Part shown: positions 17,556 to 28,623 of the stretch, piece after piece
How positions within the stretch are numbered: position 1 is the first letter of the stretch
How the letters are laid out: each line of letters opens with the position of its first letter
NCBI GenBank assembly: GCA_965223325.1
Contig: CBDCWI010000002.1
Span: 2,368,001 to 2,432,000 of the forward strand
From: Candidatus Multivoradales bacterium
GTDB taxonomy: Bacteria > Acidobacteriota > Thermoanaerobaculia > Multivoradales > Multivoraceae
Reading direction: 5' to 3'
Length of the DNA stretch: 64,000 nt
Program-made: the position numbers and the translations under genes
The notes under the pieces: model-generated
What the model was told of the DNA's origin: nothing
Database searches by the model: none
The model's input: the letters and a program-made list of their open reading frames with translations, nothing else

Positions 17556-19763
17556 TCAAGGCCGGCGGGTGCGCTCGACGCCGGTGATCTCACTTTCGGG
17601 AGGAAGCGTGATCCGCAGGATGTAGAACCCGGCGCGAGGGACCACGACGTCAATCCCGGCTCCCAACACCGAGACCTCAGCCTGCCCACCGCCCGCTGTT
17701 CGCCGCAGCACTGGCTCGACGCTGAATGGCGGCGGTCCATCGCCATCCAGAGGAGCATTCAACCCGTCGACCCCGACGCCAATGAAGTGGAAAGAACGCT
17801 TGGCCGGGGTGAGCCAGGCCCGCAACCCCACCCACTGACCGGGGCGGAAGAAGCGCACCGCCCGCGTCTGCCCGCGGGCATTCAAGACCCGCATCGCTCC
17901 GTCGGGAACGAACACCTCGTCGAGAGCAACAGCCTCGGACTCGTCGGCCGCCATCGCCCCGCCGGTTGGCTCGAGGGGGCTCCGGACTTCGAGCAGCGGT
18001 CCGCGCCGGAAACGCGTCGGTGCGAACACCGCAAGGGGCTTCCCCCGCGGACCCGCCGCTTCGAAGAGCTCCTCGTAGAGCCGCCGGGCGTCGACCTGAT
18101 GTTCCTCCGTGGCGTCGTCGCTGAAGAAGCGCTGCCAGGCACTCGACGACGAAACCACGACGTCGGCGTGTTCTGCGGTCAACGCCTTGCGACCGAGCCG
18201 CGGCAGGAAGCGCGACCGGACGACGGCGTACTCCTCGGGGGGCATCTTCGGGGTGTACGACTCGGCGACGATGGCGCCACCGGGAGCCACGTGCGCCCTG
18301 AGCCAGTCCCTTGCGAGGGTGAGGGTCGACGGACGTGCCAGGCCCACGCTCTGTTCGAAAGTCTTCTCAGCCGGTACCGCCAGCAGCGCGACAAGCGCGG
18401 CGGCCACCAACATCGACTGCCGGCGGCCGGCCCACGGCGGACCGACCCGTGCCGCGTTTGCCCTGGCAAGCACCGCCTGGAGTGCTAAAGCGAGCGGTAC
18501 GGCGACGAGCACAAGGAGCGTCGGTAGGACCGGTAGCAGGTTGCGCTTGACCACCATGTTCATCGACAGAATGAGCGCCAGATAGACGGTGGGGAACGGC
18601 AGCATCCAGAGCAGCCGCCGCCACTCCGGGCGTCGCACACCAAGGAGCGCCAATGGAGCGACGAGCAGCATCGGGCCGGTGGAAGCCAACAGTTCGCGCA
18701 AGTACCAGCCTGCATTCGACGATGGCTGAACACCGAGCCAGCCGCCGCCGCTGTACTGCCGCACTCCGAAGAACATCCCCTGGCCACTCCAGATCGCCTC
18801 CCAGGGATAGCGCAAGAGCCCGGGCATGGCAGCGACAAACGCCCCGATGGCGGTGGCGGTCGCGACGGCCAGTCCGAGAGTGCCCGACCGCGCCCCTGGT
18901 CTCGGCCCGCGCTCCCGGCCTCGCCGGGAGCTGAGGCGACACCACGACCAGGCCGCAAAGATCCCGACCGCCACGACACCGGCCGGGTACTTGGTGGCCG
19001 CTGCGAGCCCGGCAAACAGTCCGGCCAGAGCATAGGTGCGGTTGGACTCCCGGTCGAAAAGGCGCACTACCTGCCACATAGAAAAGGTGGCAAACACCGC
19101 CGACGGCGCGTCGCTGATCGCAAGGTGCGAGATCTCATTGAACAGCGGCGAAGCCACGAAGGCGGCCCCAGCGAACAGGCCAGCGACCGTTCGTCCAATC
19201 GCCTGCGCCATACGAAAGACCGGCACGACACACAAAGAGGACAGAAGTGCCACGACCGCGCGCATCCACACCCAGTCCACCGCCAGGCTCTCGGTCTCGC
19301 CGTAGAACAGTTGCACGCCGCCGTCGAGAACCGCAGGAAAGAGCTCGCGCAGCCAGAACAGGATGGCGTAGGTGTAGTACAGGAAGTGCGGGTAGGCGAA
19401 ACGTCCGCGCAACACTTCGCCGTCGTTGATCTCGGTCGCGTGGTGGTGGTAGGTCCCCTCGTCGAGATAGGGGCGCTGTTCGACCTCGTGGTCGATCCCG
19501 ACAAATCGGACAGCGAGCGCAACGACCACGAGCGCCAAGAGAACGCGGTCGGCGTTGCCACCACGGAGCCACTCGATGCCGATTCCGACCGCGAGCGAGA
19601 AGACGCAGACAAGCGTCCCCAGAACCACTAGCCGAGAAAACCAGAGCGGCGGCGGGTGGCCCGTCGCCGAGAACCCCCACGCGAGCACCATCAGCGAACC
19701 GAAGCCAACGGCTCCGATTGCCGCCCAGTGGCTCGAACGCGCGCTCACACAGAGGGGGGACAC
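17556..19763 (-). CDS. GT39/PMT-like (ArnT-type) membrane glycosyltransferase
   Basis: Multiple TM helices, YLDE motif after an early TM, AGLAAATKYP; start uncertain. Confidence 0.82.
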   Translation of the reverse strand: MSPLCVSARSSHWAAIGAVGFGSLMVLAWGFSATGHPPPLWFSRLVVLGTLVCVFSLAVGIGIEWLRGGNADRVLLALVVVALAVRFVGIDHEVEQRPYLDEGTYHHHATEINDGEVLRGRFAYPHFLYYTYAILFWLRELFPAVLDGGVQLFYGETESLAVDWVWMRAVVALLSSLCVVPVFRMAQAIGRTVAGLFAGAAFVASPLFNEISHLAISDAPSAVFATFSMWQVVRLFDRESNRTYALAGLFAGLAAATKYPAGVVAVGIFAAWSWCRLSSRRGRERGPRPGARSGTLGLAVATATAIGAFVAAMPGLLRYPWEAIWSGQGMFFGVRQYSGGGWLGVQPSSNAGWYLRELLASTGPMLLVAPLALLGVRRPEWRRLLWMLPFPTVYLALILSMNMVVKRNLLPVLPTLLVLVAVPLALALQAVLARANAARVGPPWAGRRQSMLVAAALVALLAVPAEKTFEQSVGLARPSTLTLARDWLRAHVAPGGAIVAESYTPKMPPEEYAVVRSRFLPRLGRKALTAEHADVVVSSSSAWQRFFSDDATEEHQVDARRLYEELFEAAGPRGKPLAVFAPTRFRRGPLLEVRSPLEPTGGAMAADESEAVALDEVFVPDGAMRVLNARGQTRAVRFFRPGQWVGLRAWLTPAKRSFHFIGVGVDGLNAPLDGDGPPPFSVEPVLRRTAGGGQAEVSVLGAGIDVVVPRAGFYILRITLPPESEITGVERTRRP

Positions 19764-19861
19764 GTCGTCAGGTTAGCGCGAACCTTTCGAGTTTTCGCAC
19801 CGCTGACGGCCGCGTCCCCTTCCTCTACGGACAGCCCATAGAGGCATTTCGAGACCCTCGG

Positions 19862-20419
19862 CTAATCCTCGGCAGACAGCAGCTCATCAAGACGCGCCCT
19901 CAGAGCAACCAGCTTGGCGTCGAAATGCGCGGAGTCCAAGAGTGAGAAGAAGCGAATCGCCCCGCTCCGGTCGATGATGAGGTTCGAGGCGATCGGCACC
20001 TGATTGCGCGGCAGATCAGCAAGCACATCAGTCGGCGCAAACTCTTCGGTGACCACGCCGTCCTGGTCGAGGAGAACCGGAAACTCGAACTTCATCTTCT
20101 TCGCCCAACCGGCGACCAGATCGGCGTTCTCCATGACGTCGATGATCAGGACCTGCACATCCTCATCGTCGTAGTTTTCGTGCAGTTGGTTGAGATGCGG
20201 AGCCTCCGCATTACAGAACGGTCACCAGGTGGTCGCAAAGTGCAGAACGATGTAGCGGCCGCGAAAGTCGGCCAGCGCCATCGTCTGGTCGCTGCCAACA
20301 ACGGGCATGCGCACCTCGGCGGCCGGCGCAAGGGTGTTTTCGAGAGTCTCCTCGGCGTGCACCGGCATGAAGGCCGCAGCCATCAAGAGGCCGGCAGCAA
20401 AGGTAGTGGGTCGTAACAT
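19862..20419 (-). CDS. Exported redoxin/TlpA/AhpC-TSA-like selenoprotein (UxxC), UGA at 20224-20222
   Basis: In-frame join LHFATTW-UGA-PFCNAEAPHL into the 19862-20158 ORF; GGAGGAG RBS; signal peptide; hairpin 10 nt after UGA. Confidence 0.9.
20195..20211 (-). promoter_or_regulatory. Putative bacterial SECIS element
   Basis: AUGCGGA-GGC-UCCGCAU hairpin with G-containing loop starting at +11 from the UGA. Confidence 0.75.
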
Positions 20420-20504
20420 TTCGTCTCCTCCTTGTGGTTTCAGTGAGGTCCTACCCCACCCACGCAAAGGACAGCCGAATCCCGCCACCACGGCCGACGC
20501 CGCG

Positions 20505-23500
20505 TCATCGAGTGCCGCGGGAAGCGCCTCCCGTAGAACTCCATAGCGCCGTGCTACCAAACTCGAAATCGTCGGCAAACAAGGGAAAGCCACCGTGCAG
20601 ACCAGGCCCGGCACCGCCGTCGCCCGGCGCGGCCGGGGCAGGCTCACCAGGTGGTGGCCCCAGCAGGGTCGCAGGGTCGCCCAGCAGCACCTCGGTCTCG
20701 CGAACCGAGGCGATCACTCCGGCCGACTCCGCGCGCTCGAGACTCTCGAGGAGCACGTCGCCAACCCGGAGCGAAGTGTGGTCGAGGTCGCTCCACGCCT
20801 GGACCACCAGGCGCTGATACCGCGCCCCGTCGACATGCCAGCTCGGAGCGGTGCTACCCAGAACGGCCACTGCACCGCCGCCCTTCTCGGTCAGCAACGC
20901 CTCGCCAAGCGAGCGATAGAAGGGCAGCTCACTGCGCGCCAGGAGGCAGCTCTGCGCACTGAGCAGGAAGGGGTGCTCGGCGAGGGCCGCTGTCAGTGCC
21001 TCGTCGGGCAGAGCCAGCTCCTCGACAGTCAACAGGTTCTGCCAACTCAGCATGCCCACACCGCTGTGGCCGACGAAGTGAACCCAGTCGACGCCACCCT
21101 CGAGCGCCGCGAGAAAACTGGACCGCGCCGAAGAGAAGTCGGTCTCGCCGAGGTCGAGGAAGTTGAAGGCCTGGGGCCCGAACGGCATCAACGTCGAGGC
21201 TGCCTGGGCGGCGAAGCCCTCGGCATCGCGATCGCGATCGACCAGCATCAGGGCAGGCGGGCGATACGACGCGCGCTGGGCGAGACCGCGGGCCTCGAAG
21301 GCTTCGATCTTGTCGATGACCCGGGCGAGCTCGGCGGCGTCATCCACTGGAATACGCCCCACAGCGGTCGCGGCAGTCGTGGCAAGCGTCGCGGAAGCGT
21401 AGAGCCGGTCGTTGGAATAGAGCCCGTGCTCCGTCGCCACCAGAGGCGCCGGAAGCGAAATCCAGCCTTGCCCCGAGGCATTGCGCTGATCGAAGGAACC
21501 TTGACCCACCAACACCAGGTAGCGCGGGGAGCGCGCGCTCAACCAGTTGCGCAAGAGCTCGATATCGAACTCACCGTTGCCGAGGTTGCGCAGCACATCG
21601 ACCGCGAGGACCACATCGGTTGTAAGGCCCTGGCTTTCGCGAAGTAGAGCGAGCCGCAGGGCGCCGTCGAGAAGCTCGGCATCGGAAACCAGCGCCAGCC
21701 AATCGACCGGCCCCTCGAGCACCGTCGTCGCGGCAACCGCTTCGAGCTCGGGCTCGGCAAGGTGCTGAGGGCGTGCCACCCACAGAGACGTGGCACCGAT
21801 CCCGGCCGGCAGCGTCGCCTCGAGGGCACCCGAGGAACCCATCGCGAGGGTGGTCTGTAGGGGACGAGGAGCGAGAGCATTCGTGGTAGCGACAACCAGC
21901 AGATCCGGAGCATCGGAGAGCACTGCGATCGGCTCGTCGTTTTCATTGTCGATCGCCAGTTGCGAGTCGAACAAACGATGGCCCCGCATATAGCGCACCT
22001 CGACCGCGTCGAGGAAGAGCACGCTCTCACTCCGACTGGTGAGCTCGAAGATGAAGTCGACCTCGAGCTCGGAGCTCTCGGGCTGCCACGGGAAAGCCAG
22101 CGTGGCAGGACCACTGCCGCTCCATGAAAGCACCGCGGGCTCGGAAGCTCCGCCCGACCTCCGCACCTCGAGGGTGTGGTCGCCGGCAGCAACGCTGTGA
22201 ACGAAGAGCTTCAACTCGGCGGCCTGCGCGCGAGGTGCCTCGAGCGACAGTGAGACATCGACCGCTTCATCGGTCGGCAAGAGCTGCTGGAACCAGAATT
22301 CCTGTTCGCTATCCCGGACGGCAGCGGTGGCTGCAATGTTGTCTTCTTCGAAACGCTGTACAACCAGCGACTGGGCACGTCCCGGAACCGCGGCCGGACC
22401 TGGTGAGACGCCAGAGGCCTTGTTACCGAAGCCGTAGCGGAGACGGTAGGCGCGCCGCGTCCCCGGTCGTGGAAAAAGATCGTCGGGGGCGAAGAAGACC
22501 AGGCCTCCACCTGGCGCTTCGAACCAGCCGACCTCCTGGTCGTTGCGAGTGAGCGAGAACTGGCCAGCAGAGATGACGTTGTTGATGATTTCGCTGTCGG
22601 CATCGAACGCCACCGCAAGGGCCGCGCTCGAAAGGCGCTGCAAACCCGGCTCGGTAACCAAAACCTCGACAAAAGCCGCTTCGCTAGCCCTCACCGGAAG
22701 GGTCGTTGCGGCTTCGCGCGAGCTGCCATGGGCAGGCCGGTTCGGCGAACGGAGCGCCGCCTTCGGCTGGCCTGAAGCCAGGGTCGGCGACCGCTCCGCG
22801 CGATCGCCCTCGGTGAATGCCTCGACAATGCCGAGCTCGGTGCGCTTGCCAGAATAGTCCTCTTCGACGATGCGGTAGCGATCGCTGACGTGACCAGCCG
22901 GGTCGAGAAGCTGGTAGTGCGCTCCCCCGGCCGCACCAGGAAGGGCCGACAGGGGCTGCGCAACCGCCTCGTAACCGTCGCCCACGAGGCGTTCCAGATG
23001 GAAACGACGACTGCCAACCTCCGCGTCGGTGCTGAACGTGATCTCGACGCCCTCGGGCACGCGCACCGCCTGCGCCTCGCGCACCAGGGCCAGAGTCGTA
23101 ACGGCCGGGGTAATGGTGAGACCGCAGAGACTGTGAGTAGTGAAGGTGGCGTTGGCAAGCTGCGTCCCCGCGCATGTCGCGCCGGCGCAGGTCTCATCGA
23201 CCCACTGCGCAAAGGTCCCATTGGTGGTGCGGGGACCTCCCCCAGTGAGGAGCACGGGATTGGTGGCATGAGATGGAACGGCCATCACGTAGTAGGAGGC
23301 CCAGGCTGAAGTTCCAGCAGCCACCGTTCCCGGGTTCCACACCACACTCCCCGAGCCGCCGGAGGCTGGCTGAGTCGTGAAACTGCCCTGGGAAGTCGGG
23401 CCGGCGAAGAGATAGGTCACCGCACCGCCCGGTACGTAGGCCGTGACAACGTCGTTGGGAAGAGAGAACGCGATCGGATGCGGAGTAGGGTTGGTGACCT

Positions 23501-24566
23501 CGAGGGTGATCGCCACCACCGAACCTTGACTCTGTACCGGCGGGTTGACCCCGGAATCGAAGCGTGCCCGCTGCTCGACGTAGGGCTTCGAGGGCTTGCC
23601 GCCGCCGTCGCGCTCCAAGTACGAACGAATCCGGTATGCAGGCCCGAGGAACCCATTGACATGGCCGTCGACGGTCATGACCACATCCTGATCCCCAGTC
23701 ACCAGGGTCGCCCAGTTGTTGTCTCCGCCACCATCGGTCTCGGGCGGCGCCGGTAGGTTGGCGGCCATGGTGAAGAGACCGTAGCCCACCGCATCCTGGT
23801 TGGTGAAGTTCGAGGTACTGAACGGTAGCCACGGTTGTAGGACCCCGACGCTGTTCGTACCGATCCCGGCGACATAGTTCCAGGCACCATCCCGGCTGGT
23901 GTAGGTCACGGTGCCGCCTAGCCCGTCCCACACCGAGAAGCTGGCATAGCAGCCGCTGGTCACATAGGGATAGACGGTGAGGTTCTGGTGTTGGTTGATC
24001 GACTCGCCCGATCCGAACCAGTTGCGGGCGTACATGTTGAGCTCGGTACCGCCGGCGCCAGGATTCCCGTCGTGAGCCCGCAGACCGTAGCTGTGCATGA
24101 AATTGTCCGTAATGGCAGTTGCCGAGGTGTCGACCTCGACCCGCCAGTGACCATGCATCGGGGTGAGAACCGAGTAGAGGTTGATCCAGGCGTTGTCACA
24201 CGCGCCGCACAGAAGGCCATCGTTGGTGTTGAGCACCAGGTTACCCATCGGGTTGTAAACCCGATAGTCGACCCGAGCCGCTCCCCCGGTCACGTAGTCC
24301 CAGGTCGCTCCCGCCGGATCGGCGTCGAAGACATCAATGTCGAGACGAGCCGTGGCGGGCGGCACCTCGACCCAGAAGTCGAAGTTCTTGCCGTAGTAGG
24401 AAACCCGGTCGCCCTGCGTGGCGAAGAAGCCCCTTCCGGTCTGCATGAAGTGCTGGGCAAAAACGGCCCCGCCACCGTTGAGACCGCCGGCAAGGGCCGG
24501 TGCACCCAACAGGGTGGTCCCCAGGGCGAAGAGAGCGATGACCTTCCTGGTGTGGCTTTCCCACAT
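20505..24566 (-). CDS. Large secreted protein with C25 (gingipain-like) cysteine peptidase domain
   Basis: Signal peptide; YLVLVGQGSFD, VGRIPV, HFVGHSG (His), SAQSC (Cys), LLGDPA; C-terminal LFADDFEFGSTALWS. Confidence 0.83.
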   Translation of the reverse strand: MWESHTRKVIALFALGTTLLGAPALAGGLNGGGAVFAQHFMQTGRGFFATQGDRVSYYGKNFDFWVEVPPATARLDIDVFDADPAGATWDYVTGGAARVDYRVYNPMGNLVLNTNDGLLCGACDNAWINLYSVLTPMHGHWRVEVDTSATAITDNFMHSYGLRAHDGNPGAGGTELNMYARNWFGSGESINQHQNLTVYPYVTSGCYASFSVWDGLGGTVTYTSRDGAWNYVAGIGTNSVGVLQPWLPFSTSNFTNQDAVGYGLFTMAANLPAPPETDGGGDNNWATLVTGDQDVVMTVDGHVNGFLGPAYRIRSYLERDGGGKPSKPYVEQRARFDSGVNPPVQSQGSVVAITLEVTNPTPHPIAFSLPNDVVTAYVPGGAVTYLFAGPTSQGSFTTQPASGGSGSVVWNPGTVAAGTSAWASYYVMAVPSHATNPVLLTGGGPRTTNGTFAQWVDETCAGATCAGTQLANATFTTHSLCGLTITPAVTTLALVREAQAVRVPEGVEITFSTDAEVGSRRFHLERLVGDGYEAVAQPLSALPGAAGGAHYQLLDPAGHVSDRYRIVEEDYSGKRTELGIVEAFTEGDRAERSPTLASGQPKAALRSPNRPAHGSSREAATTLPVRASEAAFVEVLVTEPGLQRLSSAALAVAFDADSEIINNVISAGQFSLTRNDQEVGWFEAPGGGLVFFAPDDLFPRPGTRRAYRLRYGFGNKASGVSPGPAAVPGRAQSLVVQRFEEDNIAATAAVRDSEQEFWFQQLLPTDEAVDVSLSLEAPRAQAAELKLFVHSVAAGDHTLEVRRSGGASEPAVLSWSGSGPATLAFPWQPESSELEVDFIFELTSRSESVLFLDAVEVRYMRGHRLFDSQLAIDNENDEPIAVLSDAPDLLVVATTNALAPRPLQTTLAMGSSGALEATLPAGIGATSLWVARPQHLAEPELEAVAATTVLEGPVDWLALVSDAELLDGALRLALLRESQGLTTDVVLAVDVLRNLGNGEFDIELLRNWLSARSPRYLVLVGQGSFDQRNASGQGWISLPAPLVATEHGLYSNDRLYASATLATTAATAVGRIPVDDAAELARVIDKIEAFEARGLAQRASYRPPALMLVDRDRDAEGFAAQAASTLMPFGPQAFNFLDLGETDFSSARSSFLAALEGGVDWVHFVGHSGVGMLSWQNLLTVEELALPDEALTAALAEHPFLLSAQSCLLARSELPFYRSLGEALLTEKGGGAVAVLGSTAPSWHVDGARYQRLVVQAWSDLDHTSLRVGDVLLESLERAESAGVIASVRETEVLLGDPATLLGPPPGEPAPAAPGDGGAGPGLHGGFPLFADDFEFGSTALWSSTGGASRGTR

Positions 24567-24658
24567 ATCATAAGAATAACAGAAATATGTCTATTTTTCG
24601 ATATCAGTTAGCCGCAGCTGTGACGAACCCTGACTACAACGGTGCGCGTGAGCGACCC

Positions 24659-27399
24659 TCAGGGCTCGGGCGGAATCTCCAGGTCGACCACCCACAGGTT
24701 CGCCTCCCAGCCCAGTTGCGAATAGTAGAGGTGCGACCGCGAGGCTGGAGTCGAGAGCGCCGGGAAACTCCAGAAGGATTGGTTCCCGAACGCCTGCGGT
24801 CCCATGAGTGCGCCACTCTCGAGGTCGACCCGCCAGAGCTTTCCACGCCCCTGCCAGAGAAGTTCGCCAGGGTTGGCCGCGGGAGCCGTCTGGCCGTGAA
24901 AAAGGTCGGGCGGCAGGCCATCGATCACTGTCAGTCCCCGGCCGATCTCATACACCGCCCGCTGTGCGCCCGGGAGACAGTGCCCAAACAGGCGCCCGTC
25001 GAGCAGCCAGGTATCACTAAAGAAGTTGCCGTCCTCGCAGGGGATCACATCAACTTCGAGCTCGACCTTCGACCAGGGGCTGGGTTCGGATGTCGGGGTG
25101 CGGCCGTAGATCCAAGTTTGAACCGGGGTGCCGGCCTCGGCGACCACCAGGTGCTTCCCGTCTGGTGCCCAGCGAGACCGTTGCGGCGCGCCTCGTATCC
25201 CTTCGGGGCGATGCAGGTCGGTGCCATCACGACGAATCAGCCAGGGAGCGTAGTCACCCGTGCGATTGGATTGAAAAAGGATCCACTCCGAATCCGGTGT
25301 TCAACGCGGATAACGCTTCGCTGAATCGTCGTCGACGAGGCGCGTCACGACGCGGCTTAGGACGGCCTGGACGAGGACCGACTGCGGCGGAAAGAAATCT
25401 CGAAAGCTCACGTAGCGGCCATCTGGTGAAACGTCTGGGTCGACGAACTGGTGATCGCCTTCGGTCAGCGCCTCGGGCGTCGAGGGCCAACCATCGCTAC
25501 CGATCTCCATACGACCGATGTTGCCGGTCAGGCGATCGCTGGTGTAGAGCAGCCGCGATGCCGCTCGGGCGAAGACCGGTGACGTCGCCCTCTCTGCTGG
25601 AACTGGAAGCGGCCGCGGCTCTGAGGCGGCGCGGCCGGCCTCGTCGAGCTCGAGCGTCATGAGGGTCATCACCCCGGTGCGATCACTCGGGAAAACCAGG
25701 CGGGTTTCCCCGAGCCAGTCGGGGGCTCCTTCGATCGCAGGATCGTCGGTAACCAACCATCCCTCTCCCGAGCTGGGATCGAAGATCGCGATGTCGCGAA
25801 TGCCACCACGCTGGACCCAACCGGCGAGAAAACGCCCATGAGGTGACCACGACGGGTCGGCGACGTCGAAGGCCTCGTTGAGAAGGGTGACCTCACCCGT
25901 TTCGAGGTCGAGAAGATGTAGGTAGCCCGGGCCATAGCGAACTTCGGGCAAATGCGTCGCGGTTGTCGAAAACGCAATGGTGCGCCCATCTGGTGACCAG
26001 TCCGGGCCGTAACCGTAGTCGAGCAGCTTGCGCCGCGACTCGCCGGTGGTTCCGACGCGGTAGAGGCCGCCCGGTTGACTGAGTGCCCGGGCTCCCTCGC
26101 TGAAGACGATTTCCCGGCCATCAGGTGAGAAGTCGGGCCCGGTGAACAAGCCGTCGAGACCCGCAGTGAGCTCGATGCGACGCGTTCCCCCGATACGTTG
26201 CAGAAACAGTCCCTGGCGAAAGCCAGCCACTCCGTCTGGCCCGGCGTAGACGGCAAAGGCGGCGAACTCTCCATCGGGTGAGATGGCAGGCAGGTACTCG
26301 AGCCCGGCGGTCGCAGTGACCCGATGGCTGCGCACGACACGCCGAGTTGTAGCGGCATCGCTTGCCGTCACTCCGGGCGCAGTCCCCGGCGCACGACTGC
26401 CTAGCCAGAACGCCAGCGGAACGAGCGGGGCGAGAAGTGCCATCGCAGCCAGCGCGCCCCGAGGCAAGCCCGAAGGCCTCCTCGGTGCCTCGTCGACCGA
26501 CACGCCAGCTTTCACTTCATCGGCAACCTCAAGCAGGTCGAGGCGAAGATCACCGACATGCTGGTAGCGCTCCGCCGGGTCCTGCCGCAGACAGCGCCGC
26601 AAGATCTTGACCAGCCCCACAGGGGCACCGGCGAGTTCCTCCCATGGCGGCTCGCTGCGCAGAATGTCGGCCAGGATCTCGGTGACCGAGGCGCCGCTGA
26701 AGAGGCGTTTCCCCGTGACCATCTCCCAGAGCACACAGCCCAGTCACCAGAGATCGCTCCGCTCGTCGATCGGAGCACTCGTCGCCTGCTCAGGGCTCAT
26801 GTAGGGCGCCGTGCCGAGCACTACGCCAGCCGCAGTCTCCTGCGTCAGGGTGGGCGAATGCGTCGCGCCCTCGCCACCCGATCGGAACCTCCGCCTGGAA
26901 CTGCCTTGGCGAGACCGAAGTCGACGATCTCGAGATGTCCGGCGCTGCCGTAGCCCTCAGGCACAACAATGAGATTGGCCGGTTTGAGATCGCGATGAAT
27001 CACCCCGGCTCGATGTGCCGCCTCGAGCCCGGCTGCCGCCTGTGTGGCCAGCTCGAAAGCTGCCGAAACGGGCAGCGGACCAGTACGGAGCTTCTCTGCC
27101 AGGGTCTCCCCGGCCACCAACTCCATCACCAGGAAAGCAGGAGCACCGTCATCCCCGGGACGGTGGAACTCGAGAACGCGCGCGACATGGTCGTGTTTGA
27201 GCGATGCCAGAAGCGTCGCTTCGCGCTCGAAGCGCAGCAACCGCTCCGGCTTGGCGGCTACATCGTCAGGCAGAACCTTGACCGCGACCTCGCGCTCCAG
27301 AAGCCGATGTCGCGCCCGGTGGACCTCTCCCATACCGCCCGCACCGAGCGGCGCGAGAATCTCGTACTGGCCGATGGTGCTTCCGGCAGTGAGCCCCAC
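24659..27399 (-). pseudogene. Disrupted Ser/Thr kinase with TolB/PD40 beta-propeller
   Basis: GAGGMGEV, HRDLKPAN, DFG, then a frameshift near 26880; in-frame TGA at 26746-26744 (DLW*LGC) and 25303-25301 (YPR*TPD); WSPDG repeats. Confidence 0.87.
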
Positions 27400-27481
27400 A
27401 GAGTCGCCCCCAACAACTTCCTAGATTTGCGACTCGAAGGCTAGCACCGGGGTCATACCGCGCTACGCAGGGCACTTCAAT

Positions 27482-28522
27482 TCAGGGCACTTCGTTCGAC
27501 CACGCCCCACTGTCGCCCAGCTCCCAGCCATCCCCCCAGATGACGCGCGAGCGCGCGGAGTCAGGATCGATGGAGACTCCATCCATGGCGACGACCTCGA
27601 GGTCGGAGCCTGTCACTTGCCCGAGTTCCTGCAGGTTGTCGTTGTCCCAGCGCTCATCGGGAACACCGGAGATGAACCAGCGCGAGCCGTTGTCGGCCAG
27701 CACCATGCCGTACTTCTTGAGCGCCCGCAGGAGCACCTGGTTCGCGGCTGAGTAAGACGAAATGTCGAAGTCAGAGCGCAGCCGCACGCGAATTCCCATC
27801 GGCGGATAGTCAGGGTCGGTGATCGGCGACGCGAAGTGGCGGGCCGGCCAGACGTAGGCCCTTTGCGTCTCGGGAACGGTAAAACGCAATGCGTGCCGCA
27901 CCGCTCCCGCGGCTACCTCTTCGTAGCGCGCCAGACCCGGCAGGATCGGCAGCCCCGCCGCGTCGGCCGAGGTCCAGCCGTCGGGCCGCAGCGCGTTCGA
28001 GCTCAGGTCGTAGATGGCGCCCGAACCAGCCGTCCAGGAAGCGCCGCCATTCTGAGGAAACGAGTAGAACGTCTCGTAGAGAACGCAATTGTCGCGATCA
28101 ACCACCAGAACGTGTCGGTCACCGTCCGCATTTGCGCCCCCTTCGATCGGCGCGTCGGGTGGAATCGGGTACGGCCCCGCGTCGCTTTCGTCGGCGTAGT
28201 CGAAGCTGACCGGAACACGCGTCTGGTTGCCCGGTACGTCGACCCAGGGAATCCCAATCGGCCCACCTGACTCAGGCGGCCAGATGCCCGAACCAAAGTC
28301 CGCCTTGAGCCCCGCGGTGGCACCGATGGTGCTGATCCAGGTCGTCGAGCTCGGGTGGACCGGCAGGTGGTCGACCGGAACGTTCCACACATTGTCGGCC
28401 GGCAGCACCTCGCAGCCGGCCAGCGTAGGCGTCTGCGCCGCGCTCGGGCCGGCGAGAAAGAGAAGACCCACCAGGGAGACGACGTAGAGAGCCGGAACAG
28501 AGAAACGGCAACTAATCTGCAT
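27482..28522 (-). CDS. Secreted conserved hypothetical protein
   Basis: Signal peptide; PADNVWN, DESDAGPYPIP, GDRH, DAAGLP blocks; C-terminal IWGDGWELGDSGAWS. Confidence 0.82.
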   Translation of the reverse strand: MQISCRFSVPALYVVSLVGLLFLAGPSAAQTPTLAGCEVLPADNVWNVPVDHLPVHPSSTTWISTIGATAGLKADFGSGIWPPESGGPIGIPWVDVPGNQTRVPVSFDYADESDAGPYPIPPDAPIEGGANADGDRHVLVVDRDNCVLYETFYSFPQNGGASWTAGSGAIYDLSSNALRPDGWTSADAAGLPILPGLARYEEVAAGAVRHALRFTVPETQRAYVWPARHFASPITDPDYPPMGIRVRLRSDFDISSYSAANQVLLRALKKYGMVLADNGSRWFISGVPDERWDNDNLQELGQVTGSDLEVVAMDGVSIDPDSARSRVIWGDGWELGDSGAWSNEVP

Positions 28523-28623
28523 ATTCGAATTTTATCGAACGAGCGCCACTCTTGCTGATGTCGTACGGACCCACTCTCGGCGAGCTCTCGGCAGACGTGA
28601 GTGGCAGCGCTGGCCTCTAAACC

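Noticed and set aside
26744-26746. Sec or Trp recoding of TGA codons in the kinase gene (also 25301-25303)
   Set aside because: Not Cys positions, no obvious SECIS, the gene also has a frameshift, and TGA is the normal stop for many genes here
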